Origin: an uncultured virus (IMG/VR IMGVR_UViG_3300011223_000001)
Taxonomy: Duplodnaviria; Heunggongvirae; Uroviricota; Caudoviricetes
Reading direction: 5' to 3' (one strand)
Virus record (IMG/VR): IMGVR_UViG_3300011223_000001
Span: 62,001 to 126,000 of that record
DNA length: 64,000 nt
Shown in pieces: positions 48,601 to 58,047 of this stretch. The stretch's first letter is position 1. Every line of letters starts with the position of its first letter. The notes beneath the pieces were generated by a model, which had not been told where the DNA came from, ran no database searches, and worked only from the letters and a program-made list of their open reading frames with translations. Made by a program: the position numbers and the translations under genes.

Positions 48601-50814
48601 ATGAATAACCTCAAGCAACTCTTTGGCCGTAAAAACGCGGCTGCCAGCTTCTCGGTACAAAACCTGGTGTCCGCACTGGACGGCCAGATCAGCACTGCCG
48701 GCTCCAGCTTCTACGTCAAGCCAGAAATGGCCGAGCGCGTCTCGAACGAAGACTTCAACGCCAGCGACGTGACCGACAGCGTCGAGACCGTGTTCGAAGC
48801 CCTGGGCAAAGTCCTGACCGGCCTGAGCTTCGAGCATTTCAACGCCGAGCGTAAGGCAGATGCGCCGCGTATCGAAGAAAACATGAAGATCGCCGCGACC
48901 ATGGGTCTTTTCGGTGCTTCCAACGAGGCGGCCTACAAGAAGCAGCTGATGGCTTCGACCCGTGCGCTGAACTCCACCGACAAGAACGTGGTCGTCGTCG
49001 CCGGCACCATGTCCGGTGCATTCGGCAGCATCCCAGCCTTCGGCGAAGGCGTCTCGATCGAGAACTACAACGAAAAGTCCAGCCGTGACTTCCGTGTGGT
49101 TACCGCGGCCTACAACCTGACCTCCTCGCGTCAGGATGCGTTCGCCGAAGCCATGTACCGCACCACCCTGGTCAACGCCCAAGAAGGCGGCGCTGTTCAG
49201 ATCGTGCCGTACGTTGTCCTGCTCAAGGATACCTACCACAAGACCACCGGTGCCAAGTGGGATACCCAGGAAATCAACATCGTCGACGCCTACCGTGACC
49301 CATCGGTCCTGGACCAAGGCGCTACCCTGCTGATCCCTGCCAAAACCTCGTCCAGCGCTGCCCACTTCGTGGCCGATGCTGACGTCGGCGCCGAGTCGAA
49401 GACCGACGAGCGTGGCAACAGCTACAACACCGCACCCCTGCGCTTCAATGCCAAGTTCGACCTGATCGGCATTTCCAACCACAACCAGCTGGTCAGCTCG
49501 GGCGTGCTGGAACTGTCCGACACCCTGGACCCTGCCGGTTCGATGAAGAACCTGTACATCAAGGCAGCTGGTAACGGTACCGAAAGCGCGGCCGTGCTGA
49601 AGTTCAAAACCGACAAGATGCAGACCGCCACCTTCGTTCCGAAGCTGATCGGCGACACCCGCAGCATCGCGGTCTCCTTCGAAACCGAGAAGCTGAAAGT
49701 CGGCAACGGCGTTCGCAGCATCGGCGGCGCCACCCTGGAAGCCATCACCGAGCTGGAAGCAGCCAAGCTGACCATCCTGCTGGGTATCAAGGTCGACGGC
49801 ACCATCTCCACCTCGCGTGGTAGCTGCCAGTTCATCGCCGGTGAAGTCACCGTCGAAGGCATCATCGACGAAGACGGCGAGATGTTCGATCACCTGAGCG
49901 GCGCTGGCGCTGCCATCGTGGCCAAGCTGGGTGCTCTGACCGCAATCGGTTACGACCTCGACGCTCGCTTCACCAACACCAACAAACGCAAACGTGGTCA
50001 GCTGGTCCAGACCCGTGCGATGCAGTTCCGCTACCCAATCTGGATGCACAGCCCTGTCACCCTGCCGCTGTCGGTAATGGATGAACAAGGTCCAGGTGAA
50101 GTGGCCAAGGCCCTGACCGTAGCCACCGACATCCGTAACAGCGCCAACGCCGTTACTGCTGCGCTGAACTACGTGGCTCAGCTGAAAGAAGTTGTGGGCG
50201 ACTCCTCGTCCATCGCTCAGTTCGGCGAAGTCGAAGGTGCCCTGAGCATCATGATGCGTCCGACCTACCGTTACCACAAGCTGGTAATCAAAGGCGGTCT
50301 CGACACCATCCGCTCCGGCGATCGCTGGAACGACATCACTCAGCTGCTGCTGAACACCATCAAAGGCCTGCTGTTCCCGGCCTACCGCGACTCCAACATC
50401 GAGTCCGTGTTCCAGGTGGTTTCCGGCAACATCGACGAGAAGCCGAAGTTCCTGATCTGCACCGACCGTGAGATCTCGAACTACCTGATCGAGGTTGGTG
50501 ACAACCGTACGCTGGGCGGCTACCTGAAGTACGACGTCGTGGCTACCAACAACAAGGCCTTCGACGGCAAGATCCTCGTGATCCCAACCCGCGAGAACCC
50601 AGGCGAGAACGACGTTCTGAGCTGGGGTCAGTTCTTCTTCGTACCAACCATCGTCGGCGACATGCCAATCGCGCGCGACGGCCAGACCTCTCGCGAGATC
50701 ACGGCTGTTCCGTTCAACCGTCACGTGAACAACATTCCATTCGCGATCGAAATCGACGTGGAAGGTCTGCGCGAGGCCATGAACAGCTCGCTGTACAACA
50801 CCAAGCTGGGCTGA
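48601..50814 (+). CDS. major capsid protein (phiKZ gp120-like)
   Basis: 737 aa, propeptide ending VSIE|NY, YNL.SSRQD.F.EA.Y.T, TN.NKR.RGQL, P.NRHV.NIP; extreme codon bias. Confidence 0.93.
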   Translation: MNNLKQLFGRKNAAASFSVQNLVSALDGQISTAGSSFYVKPEMAERVSNEDFNASDVTDSVETVFEALGKVLTGLSFEHFNAERKADAPRIEENMKIAATMGLFGASNEAAYKKQLMASTRALNSTDKNVVVVAGTMSGAFGSIPAFGEGVSIENYNEKSSRDFRVVTAAYNLTSSRQDAFAEAMYRTTLVNAQEGGAVQIVPYVVLLKDTYHKTTGAKWDTQEINIVDAYRDPSVLDQGATLLIPAKTSSSAAHFVADADVGAESKTDERGNSYNTAPLRFNAKFDLIGISNHNQLVSSGVLELSDTLDPAGSMKNLYIKAAGNGTESAAVLKFKTDKMQTATFVPKLIGDTRSIAVSFETEKLKVGNGVRSIGGATLEAITELEAAKLTILLGIKVDGTISTSRGSCQFIAGEVTVEGIIDEDGEMFDHLSGAGAAIVAKLGALTAIGYDLDARFTNTNKRKRGQLVQTRAMQFRYPIWMHSPVTLPLSVMDEQGPGEVAKALTVATDIRNSANAVTAALNYVAQLKEVVGDSSSIAQFGEVEGALSIMMRPTYRYHKLVIKGGLDTIRSGDRWNDITQLLLNTIKGLLFPAYRDSNIESVFQVVSGNIDEKPKFLICTDREISNYLIEVGDNRTLGGYLKYDVVATNNKAFDGKILVIPTRENPGENDVLSWGQFFFVPTIVGDMPIARDGQTSREITAVPFNRHVNNIPFAIEIDVEGLREAMNSSLYNTKLG

Positions 50815-50906
50815 ACAGCTGCGGCGCCTTCTTCAAGGCTGCTTGAAGACGGAAGCCTTCGGGTGACTGAAGGGGGCGTGCCGAGGACGCTGTAAAGCGG
50901 CAACAC

Positions 50907-50946
50907 CATAAAACCCCAGGCTGCAATGGCCTGGGGTTTTATGCCG
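50907..50946. terminator. CATA...TATGCCG family hairpin
   Basis: CATAAAACCCCAGGC TGCAATG GCCTGGGGTTTTATG. Confidence 0.8.
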
Positions 50947-50958
50947 TGTTCCAAAAAT

Positions 50959-50975
50959 CTAGGAATATATATCAT
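50959..50975 (+). promoter_or_regulatory. putative early promoter for the nvRNAP gp123-like operon
   Basis: CTAGGAATATATATCAT-N5-TGA. Confidence 0.6.
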
Positions 50976-51023
50976 ACTCGTGATCTCCTGCCTGTAAACG
51001 GCATTAACTTAAGGAACGCTCCC

Positions 51024-51479
51024 ATGATATCCCTCCTTAATGTAGTCGCTGTCTATCAGGCAGTGCGGTATGTACGTGAGTTATGCCGCGAGGCTAAGCA
51101 ATACCCTGAACCTATCGTGTTTTCGGACCTCCCCACCGAAGCTGCGAGTGAGCTGAAGGCTACCGAAACGGTTGTCGATGAAACGGTGCTGAAAGGAAAT
51201 ACGCCAGACGTATATCTGATAGTTACCGGCGAATGCGCTGGCTTTATACCTGGTCAAGATGAACAAGGGTCTATACCGGATGCGGCTGAGGGAGAACCCC
51301 ACAGAAAATCCACAGGGCGAACCGGAGTCGACAAAGACTGCTCCACCGGTTCGCCTATTATGGAGCAGCCACATCCCGGTAAGAAACCTAGGGCGTCCAA
51401 GAAGCGGACGCGTCTTCGACAGACGATCCCCCGATTCACCATCGTAGAACCAACCTTGGTGAACGTGGAGTTTCGTTAA
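51024..51479 (+). CDS. hypothetical protein
   Basis: TAAGGA RBS. Confidence 0.6.
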   Translation: MISLLNVVAVYQAVRYVRELCREAKQYPEPIVFSDLPTEAASELKATETVVDETVLKGNTPDVYLIVTGECAGFIPGQDEQGSIPDAAEGEPHRKSTGRTGVDKDCSTGSPIMEQPHPGKKPRASKKRTRLRQTIPRFTIVEPTLVNVEFR

Positions 51480-51491
51480 CAGGAAAGAGCT

Positions 51492-52712
51492 ATGAGCCGC
51501 GAACTAAAGCACCTGTTCGGGTCAGTCGTAGCTGATCCACAGGAAGAACCCAAACGCAAAAACCCTAACTGCGCAACCAACGTGCGGTATGAGTTTTACA
51601 GCACCCTGCGTAAGAAATGTTTCTGGCGTGATTCTCGCGGTGTGGTAGCCGTTGAAGGACCGAATGCTGCAACCAGTGGTGAAGCGTTTTACATCACGGT
51701 GGAGTATGATCTGCAAACCAACGTCGAGCTTGATGCACGTGAACTTTTCGCCACATTCAACTTGCCCGACAATTCACCCTTGCGTAAAGAACTCTACACA
51801 CGTATTAATTCCCTGAACAATACGGTTCAGTGGAACAACAACCGTCGCTTTCGTTTTACGGTCGCTGTAACGGCAGATCAGTTAGATGCCGCCGGCGGTG
51901 TGGTGTACCTGCGCGACTTTGACTTGATCGTTGGATACGATCATCTGCGCGAACAAGCCCTGCATCCTTATTCGCAAGAGGGTCAGTTGGCTAGAATGCG
52001 CCAGCAAATCGATTACGGTAACGAAGGTGTTAATCTTCGGTTCGTTTTGATCGACAACACTGGCCGCATTGAATCACATTGGTACAACAATGGTGTAGCG
52101 GTAGTCGAAATAAAACCCCAGCGGGATACCCAGCTGGCGGATGGTCTTTATGTCTTTTACCAACAGGGTGAAGGCGAAGAAGTTCAGGTGGAGTTCCTAC
52201 CACTTAAGGATTCTAAGGCCAAGTTCCATCTCTTCGATACCCGGATAGAGGCCATTAACCTGGGTAAGCTCGACAAGATTATCGAGCGCATCAAGCTGGA
52301 CAACGAAGCTGAGCTCTTGGAAAAGAAACAAGAGCTAACTCTCCTGGAGCAAGATGTACGTAGGGAGAAGGCCGAGTTGGAACGGGAAAAGAATAGGATA
52401 ACTAACACCCGTGATGAAGAAGAACGTCGTCGCAAAGATGAGCAGGCGGATATAGATGCCAGAGAGCGTCGATTCCAAGAAGATCATCAGCGTCAGATGG
52501 CTAACATTAAAATGGACCGAGAACGTCTGGAATGGGAACGCAACCAATGGAGCGATCGGCAGCGTTTTGACCAAGACATGCGTTCGAAGGTGCAACGAGA
52601 TAACAGTGATGCCGTAAAAAGCCTCTTTGAAGTATTGAAGATAGCAGTAGGTTTGATTGGTCCAATTGTCTCGGCGTATATCCTTCTTAAAGGGGGCGCT
52701 GGAAAGAAGTAA
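51492..52712 (+). CDS. coiled-coil protein with C-terminal TM (phiKZ gp122-like by position)
   Basis: Long E/R/K-rich helix then IAVGLIGPIVSAYILL. Confidence 0.75.
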   Translation: MSRELKHLFGSVVADPQEEPKRKNPNCATNVRYEFYSTLRKKCFWRDSRGVVAVEGPNAATSGEAFYITVEYDLQTNVELDARELFATFNLPDNSPLRKELYTRINSLNNTVQWNNNRRFRFTVAVTADQLDAAGGVVYLRDFDLIVGYDHLREQALHPYSQEGQLARMRQQIDYGNEGVNLRFVLIDNTGRIESHWYNNGVAVVEIKPQRDTQLADGLYVFYQQGEGEEVQVEFLPLKDSKAKFHLFDTRIEAINLGKLDKIIERIKLDNEAELLEKKQELTLLEQDVRREKAELEREKNRITNTRDEEERRRKDEQADIDARERRFQEDHQRQMANIKMDRERLEWERNQWSDRQRFDQDMRSKVQRDNSDAVKSLFEVLKIAVGLIGPIVSAYILLKGGAGKK

Positions 52713-52733
52713 TCTTTTTGCTGGGGAGCAAAT

Positions 52734-54386
52734 ATGCACGACGCATTGGTTGAGCGCATCACAAAACGTACCAAGCCGTTCACTGAGACGATCGCTGAAG
52801 GGCTTGCTTACGAACACATGATGAGCAAGTCAATCAACGGTAATGGCGAGGTTTCAACAATCAACAATACCATGGCCTACAACGAGCGCGTGATCAAGGT
52901 GAACGAAGTATTGTTCCCACCTGGATTGAAGTTCGAAGGTAGCCGCATGTGCACTCCTGTCGAACACTTTGAGAAAATCACCCACGAGTACCAAAGCAAG
53001 CGTACTGCAAACATTGCCCCACACGACACGTACATGGTCGAGTACAACTTCAGCTACGATGCTGGGGATGGTAAAGGGCGCCAGATGCTTATGCCACGCT
53101 ATGTGCTCTTACCATTCGTTCGTCCGGGTGGGTTGATGAATCTCAATGGAGCAACCTATGCCCTGTCGCCGGTGTTAGCCGACATTGGGTATTCGGTTAG
53201 CCGTAACAGTATCTTCGTACCGTTCCGTCGCGCTAAGCTCACCTTTAACCGGGTGGACTACCGCTACATGAAAGACGGTAAGCTTGAGATTGTTTACATC
53301 ATCTGGTCCACCGTACACCAAGAGATGCACAACCGTAAGAACTCCGATCGCAACGATCGTCAACACATCGAAAGTTGCATGGCGCACTACTTCTTCTGCG
53401 AGTATGGCGTTATCGAGGCGTTCAAGCGTTGGGGCAAAGCCGATGTGAAGATCGTTCATCGGTCGGACCTTGGCAAATACCCGAAGAAGGACTATCACCA
53501 CTATGAATCCTGCGTGCGTCGTGGGACTCACCCAGCCGGTGATACCTGCTTGGTGCTGCCGCGTGAACAAGCAACAAAGTTCACCGACATGCTGGTAGGC
53601 GGGTTCTTCTATGTTGCAGACACCTTCCCTGATCGGTTTGTAAACGTTCAGTATGTCGATGGTCGTGGCCTGTGGCGTACGATTCTTGGCATGATGGTGT
53701 TTGGTGACTTCGAGCACGTCGGGAAACTGACGGAGAACATTGATAACCACATGGTGGGCTTTAACAACTACCTCGATGAGATGACCGCCGATGACCTGAA
53801 GAAGGCCAAGATCGACGTTAAGAACATTTGGGACCTGTTGTATTACATCATGACCGAGTTGTCGCATCACTTCTTCCAAACCAACCGCGAAGAAACATCC
53901 ATGTACGGGAAGCAATTGACCGTGCTGCGGTATGTGATGGAAGAATTCAACAGCGCCATCTCGCTGTTGACGTACAGCTTCCAGGGACGTCGTGACATTG
54001 TCTGGAAAGCCGCGGCGATCGAAGACATGCTCAAGAAGTACCTTAAGCTCAATACCTGCGTGCGGTTACTGACCAGCAAGCACAACGAGCTCAGTACGGT
54101 GAACTATCCAGGCGACAACAAGATCATTCGCATCACATCGATGATCGTTCCACAAGACCAAGCACGGGCAGCCAGTACACACAACCGGGGTCTGATCAAT
54201 GACTCCAGTCGTTTGCTGGACGCATCGATTGCTGAGATCGGGCAATATAAGAACCAACCAAAGTCTGCGCCCGATGGACGCTCGCGTATCGGCACCCATG
54301 TCCTGTTGGACGGCGACGGGACGATTATCCGTCGTGAGGATTGCCGCGCACTTATCGATGCGACCCAAAAACGAATCCAACGCTAA
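52734..54386 (+). CDS. non-virion RNAP beta subunit, N-terminal half (phiKZ gp123-like)
   Basis: LLPFVRPGGLMNLNGATY.LSPV, SMYGKQL.VLRY, ASIAEIG..NQPK..PDGR motifs; synteny. Confidence 0.87.
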   Translation: MHDALVERITKRTKPFTETIAEGLAYEHMMSKSINGNGEVSTINNTMAYNERVIKVNEVLFPPGLKFEGSRMCTPVEHFEKITHEYQSKRTANIAPHDTYMVEYNFSYDAGDGKGRQMLMPRYVLLPFVRPGGLMNLNGATYALSPVLADIGYSVSRNSIFVPFRRAKLTFNRVDYRYMKDGKLEIVYIIWSTVHQEMHNRKNSDRNDRQHIESCMAHYFFCEYGVIEAFKRWGKADVKIVHRSDLGKYPKKDYHHYESCVRRGTHPAGDTCLVLPREQATKFTDMLVGGFFYVADTFPDRFVNVQYVDGRGLWRTILGMMVFGDFEHVGKLTENIDNHMVGFNNYLDEMTADDLKKAKIDVKNIWDLLYYIMTELSHHFFQTNREETSMYGKQLTVLRYVMEEFNSAISLLTYSFQGRRDIVWKAAAIEDMLKKYLKLNTCVRLLTSKHNELSTVNYPGDNKIIRITSMIVPQDQARAASTHNRGLINDSSRLLDASIAEIGQYKNQPKSAPDGRSRIGTHVLLDGDGTIIRREDCRALIDATQKRIQR

Positions 54387-54407
54387 AACGAAGTACGGAG
54401 TAAGACC

Positions 54408-56516
54408 ATGCAACAATACCAGACCGGCGTTAACCTACCTGTCTCTGCACAGCAGGTAGACGGCAGTTGCTTTAACCAGCAACTGCCACAGGGTAACGAC
54501 ATGTGGCCACAGGTGAGTTTCATTCCCGGGGCCGACACCAACCTTGGCAGCTACGCCATCTCGCTGTTCCGCACTTACGCACAATCGCGAGCAGCGAAGT
54601 CGAGCATCCACTGCCTCTGCTACAACCTGTTGCAACAGAACCGCTTTCAGAACCAGTACTGGCAAGGCTGGTGCCAGTACGTTGTAGACTTCTGTGACTT
54701 CCTGCACCGGGGTCAGCAACATGCACCCCAGCAAGCGGCCGATAAGGCGGCCTCTCGCATTTACCAATCGATGCTTGCGACTACCATTCAGCAGTACCCC
54801 GCTGTTCGCAACATGGTCGATGCGAACACCCAAGCCGGGCTGGCCGATGCGGCGCAAGTTGCCAACAAGATCATGATTGACGTCAACAACTGGAAGGCTC
54901 AAATCCAGAGCGGTGGTGTAGGCCACGGTGGCGGGGTTGGTTATGGCGTCGGTGGGGGTGGTGGCCTGGGTGTTGCGGGGGCGGGTAACATTGCCCACGT
55001 CAACTCCTTCTCGGTCGCACCAGCCGGTGCTTCACCCAGCCTTATCAGCAGCAACCAAAACGCAGGCAGTGTCGGTTCGACCGGTTTGTTCTTGGGTGCC
55101 GACAACGCAGTACCTGCAAAACCAACTTCAAGCTGGTCGGGAGGTAGCGGAGTGGATATCAATCAAGGTCAAAACACACAACCGGTTCAAGGCATTGCTC
55201 AACTCGGTGCGGGTGCTCCGGCATCGCCACTGCAAATGGCGCAGAGCACTGATGTCATCGATCACAACCACGAGGCACCGATCTCGGTCGCTGACCTTAA
55301 GATCGACCCGCGCTATTACGTCCCACAAGGCTTCAAGCCTGTAGACGGTCGGCCGTATGACATCATCCGTAACCCAGGTGGTGTGGAAATCCGCCCGGCG
55401 TACCAAGCACTGGCTGGTAAAGATGCCGCGAGCTGGAAGCGGACCGTGGGTGGCGATGCACCTTACGCCATGCTGTATGATCCCAACAAGTACATCTGCT
55501 TCCTCGCCAAATGGGTCGATGGAATTGTCAAGGAGGTTGTCGTGCCCATCGAACCTGAGATGGATTATCTGAAACACGAGATCAATGATGATCTGCGCCG
55601 TAAAGCCATGCGTCCTGCCGGGGTGGTGATCCCACTGCCGCAGTATTCGCAGTCCGATGACCAGACGGTGAAAACCATCGAGGTCACCAAAGCAGCGCTG
55701 CAAAGCGGTGAGGTGGAACCTGAGTACCTGAGCCCTGTTGCCTTGTCGCCGTACCTGACCGGTACCAGCGATCTGGAAAACGAGGCGATGGCGGCCAAGA
55801 CTGTGCGTGAACAACTCGGTCTCAAAGCCGATGATCCCACCCCGCCGCACGAGTACCTCACGGCCAAGATGCATGAACTGGACATCAGCCAAGAGTGCTT
55901 TAACGCACTGTTTGCTTTTGAACAGTACACCACCCCAAGTCAGGTGGTGGATGGCCTGAAGAAACTGCTGGAATCGGGCTTGCTGCCACTGCGTTACTAT
56001 ACGTTCATCAACACGCGACTCACGCAAGCGGTCAATGACTTCCTGCGCGACAGCCTGTCGATTGACAAGATCCGTATCGCCAGCTACTTCGATGCGGCCG
56101 TTGAGTTGGGGCCTTACCTTGCGAAGAAGCGCGGTGAGGACTACCAACTGGTGTACGAGGGCAACACCAAGCAGTTGGTAGCCCGCAGCATGTCGGTGGC
56201 GTGTGAACAGACCGACGGTGAAGAAGGTCAAGCGCCAGTCATCACCTACGGGATCGTGGATGAGTACCTCAACTTCCAAATGGGTCTGCCGAGTGAGGTG
56301 TTGTCCAACCTCAACCTCACAACCGAACCCTGCTTAATCTCGAAGCAATCACACCCTCACCTGGAAACAGCGATCAAATCCATGGTCCTGCGTGCACGTG
56401 AGCGTGAAAACTTGCACCGCATCCGCCTGCGCCTGATCACCAGCGATGGTTTCTATTACGATGTGATCGTCGGCAAGCTGGTCAAAGGCGCGTTGTTGCT
56501 CAAACGTTCCGCGTAA
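54408..56516 (+). CDS. conserved hypothetical protein (phiKZ gp124-like by position)
   Basis: 702 aa, Q-rich N-terminus, Gly-rich linker, MDYLKHE motif. Confidence 0.8.
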   Translation: MQQYQTGVNLPVSAQQVDGSCFNQQLPQGNDMWPQVSFIPGADTNLGSYAISLFRTYAQSRAAKSSIHCLCYNLLQQNRFQNQYWQGWCQYVVDFCDFLHRGQQHAPQQAADKAASRIYQSMLATTIQQYPAVRNMVDANTQAGLADAAQVANKIMIDVNNWKAQIQSGGVGHGGGVGYGVGGGGGLGVAGAGNIAHVNSFSVAPAGASPSLISSNQNAGSVGSTGLFLGADNAVPAKPTSSWSGGSGVDINQGQNTQPVQGIAQLGAGAPASPLQMAQSTDVIDHNHEAPISVADLKIDPRYYVPQGFKPVDGRPYDIIRNPGGVEIRPAYQALAGKDAASWKRTVGGDAPYAMLYDPNKYICFLAKWVDGIVKEVVVPIEPEMDYLKHEINDDLRRKAMRPAGVVIPLPQYSQSDDQTVKTIEVTKAALQSGEVEPEYLSPVALSPYLTGTSDLENEAMAAKTVREQLGLKADDPTPPHEYLTAKMHELDISQECFNALFAFEQYTTPSQVVDGLKKLLESGLLPLRYYTFINTRLTQAVNDFLRDSLSIDKIRIASYFDAAVELGPYLAKKRGEDYQLVYEGNTKQLVARSMSVACEQTDGEEGQAPVITYGIVDEYLNFQMGLPSEVLSNLNLTTEPCLISKQSHPHLETAIKSMVLRARERENLHRIRLRLITSDGFYYDVIVGKLVKGALLLKRSA

Positions 56517-56643
56517 CCGTACCGGTGCTGCTGTCGGTCTGGGCGGTGGCACCATCTTGGTGACTGTTATTGGTCACACCCCTCCCTTAACCGGGAGGGG
56601 CTTCTATTCCGTCTACTAAAAACCCTTTAAGGAATAATTTACG

Positions 56644-57540
56644 ATGAACACCCCACACGCAAGCCTCGGCAGCATGACCCGCCTGTTTCCTCGTTCCCTG
56701 CACGCTATCAGCATGCCCGATGAAAAACCGGACGGGTTGGATTGGTTGTCCACCGAAGACATACACAATTTCCTGAACAAACAGCGACCCTCTCACCAGT
56801 GGGACCCGCTGCTCGTTAATGGGTTGAACATGCAACCTGTTAATAGCGAGATTACACCGACGCCTGTGCGCAAGCGCCATGAGTATAATCAGTACCATGG
56901 CCTGGAAGGATACGTGTCAATCCCACACACGGCCATGGAGTTTGACCAAGCCCCAGTAGCGGCCAAACAACCTGAGCCAGAACCTGAGCCCGCTGGCTGG
57001 GGCAAGCAGGAGATCATTGACCTGTTCCTTAAGAAGAAACATGTCCTGGCCGAAGAAGTAGTGCCGTATAAACCCACCGAGGTGCTGGAGGTGGAAGACG
57101 ATCGGGTGCATCAGTTGTTTGAGACTAATGATCCGGTGCAACAAGCCACCATCTTACTGCGTTTGCTGGAAGAGGACGTGTACACCTTCGAACGCCTAGG
57201 CCAAACCGACTTGGCAAGTGTAGCCAGTGAAGCATTGGGCCTTGATACCGAGGGGGTTAAGACGCCACTGGAACTCAGTGGCCGTGAAGTGCAGCGCCGG
57301 ATGGCAGAAGAACGACTGACGTATGTCGAGGTGGTTTGGGGCAACGCCCTTAATGCCTTGGTTTACATCAGCCACCGTCGTCTGGCCACCACGCTGCTGG
57401 CTATCCGTGAAGCGGAGCGTATCGCAGACCTGCAAGCGTCACTGACGCGTATGGGATATGTCCACTGGGTCGACCAAGACACGGGCCGTATACACCTGCG
57501 TCATAAAGACCACGGTAAGTACGGCGTTATCATCTTCTAA
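56644..57540 (+). CDS. hypothetical protein
   Basis: TAAGGA RBS, 298 aa. Confidence 0.7.
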   Translation: MNTPHASLGSMTRLFPRSLHAISMPDEKPDGLDWLSTEDIHNFLNKQRPSHQWDPLLVNGLNMQPVNSEITPTPVRKRHEYNQYHGLEGYVSIPHTAMEFDQAPVAAKQPEPEPEPAGWGKQEIIDLFLKKKHVLAEEVVPYKPTEVLEVEDDRVHQLFETNDPVQQATILLRLLEEDVYTFERLGQTDLASVASEALGLDTEGVKTPLELSGREVQRRMAEERLTYVEVVWGNALNALVYISHRRLATTLLAIREAERIADLQASLTRMGYVHWVDQDTGRIHLRHKDHGKYGVIIF

Positions 57541-57548
57541 GTAAGCAC

Positions 57549-57599
57549 CGGCATAAGCCCCTCCCCAACGGGAGGGGCCGTATGTCGTTTTTTCTTTTT
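57549..57599. terminator. CGGCATA...TATGTCG bidirectional terminator
   Basis: GCCCCTCCC CAAC GGGAGGGGC plus T tract. Confidence 0.8.
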
Positions 57600-57608
57600 A
57601 TGTCCGTC

Positions 57609-58040
57609 TTAACCTGCAAACGGCACGGTGGCCGAAAGGTTAGGCACAAACATTAGGCTGCTGTTAAGGGCCTGTATGGAAACGCTGGTTGCTGTAGGTG
57701 TGAGGGCGTAATCAATCAAGTCCGCCACATCGTAGGGGAGTTGATACTGCTTATAAAAGGCAGCTACTGCCTCTCTTAAGGTTTTGTAGTCTGTGGCCTT
57801 ACCCGGGATCAGATGACCTGCGAACTGATCATAAATCCTGACCCGGTTGTAGTAGTGCGTGAAGCCCCCGGTGTAATCATTGTCAGCGGCTTGGACTTGA
57901 ACGCGAGTGTTGGTGGCACCTTGAATCCAGGTTTCAGGTTGACCGAAGGTTACCGAGGCGGGGTTCAGGGGTGGTTGTAGATGGTTGTTGGCATTGATCG
58001 CCCGCACCAAAGCATTTTTAGGGGATTCAAAATAAAGCAT
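57609..58040 (-). CDS. virion structural protein (phiKZ gp126-like)
   Basis: LV.AIN.NN..V.FG.P..NTRV..Y.G..YYNR pattern; GAGG RBS. Confidence 0.75.
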   Translation of the reverse strand: MLYFESPKNALVRAINANNHLQPPLNPASVTFGQPETWIQGATNTRVQVQAADNDYTGGFTHYYNRVRIYDQFAGHLIPGKATDYKTLREAVAAFYKQYQLPYDVADLIDYALTPTATSVSIQALNSSLMFVPNLSATVPFAG

Positions 58041-58047
58041 ACCTGCC

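Noticed and set aside
48538..50724. Long antisense ORFs (also 31432-32883, 11074-12396, 25922-26944)
   Set aside because: Shadows of strongly codon-biased genes; no RBS or recognisable motifs
50815..50895. Hammerhead ribozyme or tRNA after the capsid gene
   Set aside because: No CUGAUGA/GAAA core and no T-loop or anticodon geometry; treated as a readthrough region instead
56795..56850. WDPLLVNGLNMQP as a second RNAP-beta-like fragment
   Set aside because: Too short and lacks the SR..MF..H..Q motif
56889..57077. Antisense ORF containing YGTTSSAR, like the phiKZ gp71-73 N-terminus
   Set aside because: Short match on the strand opposite a well-formed gene, with no further similarity; chance
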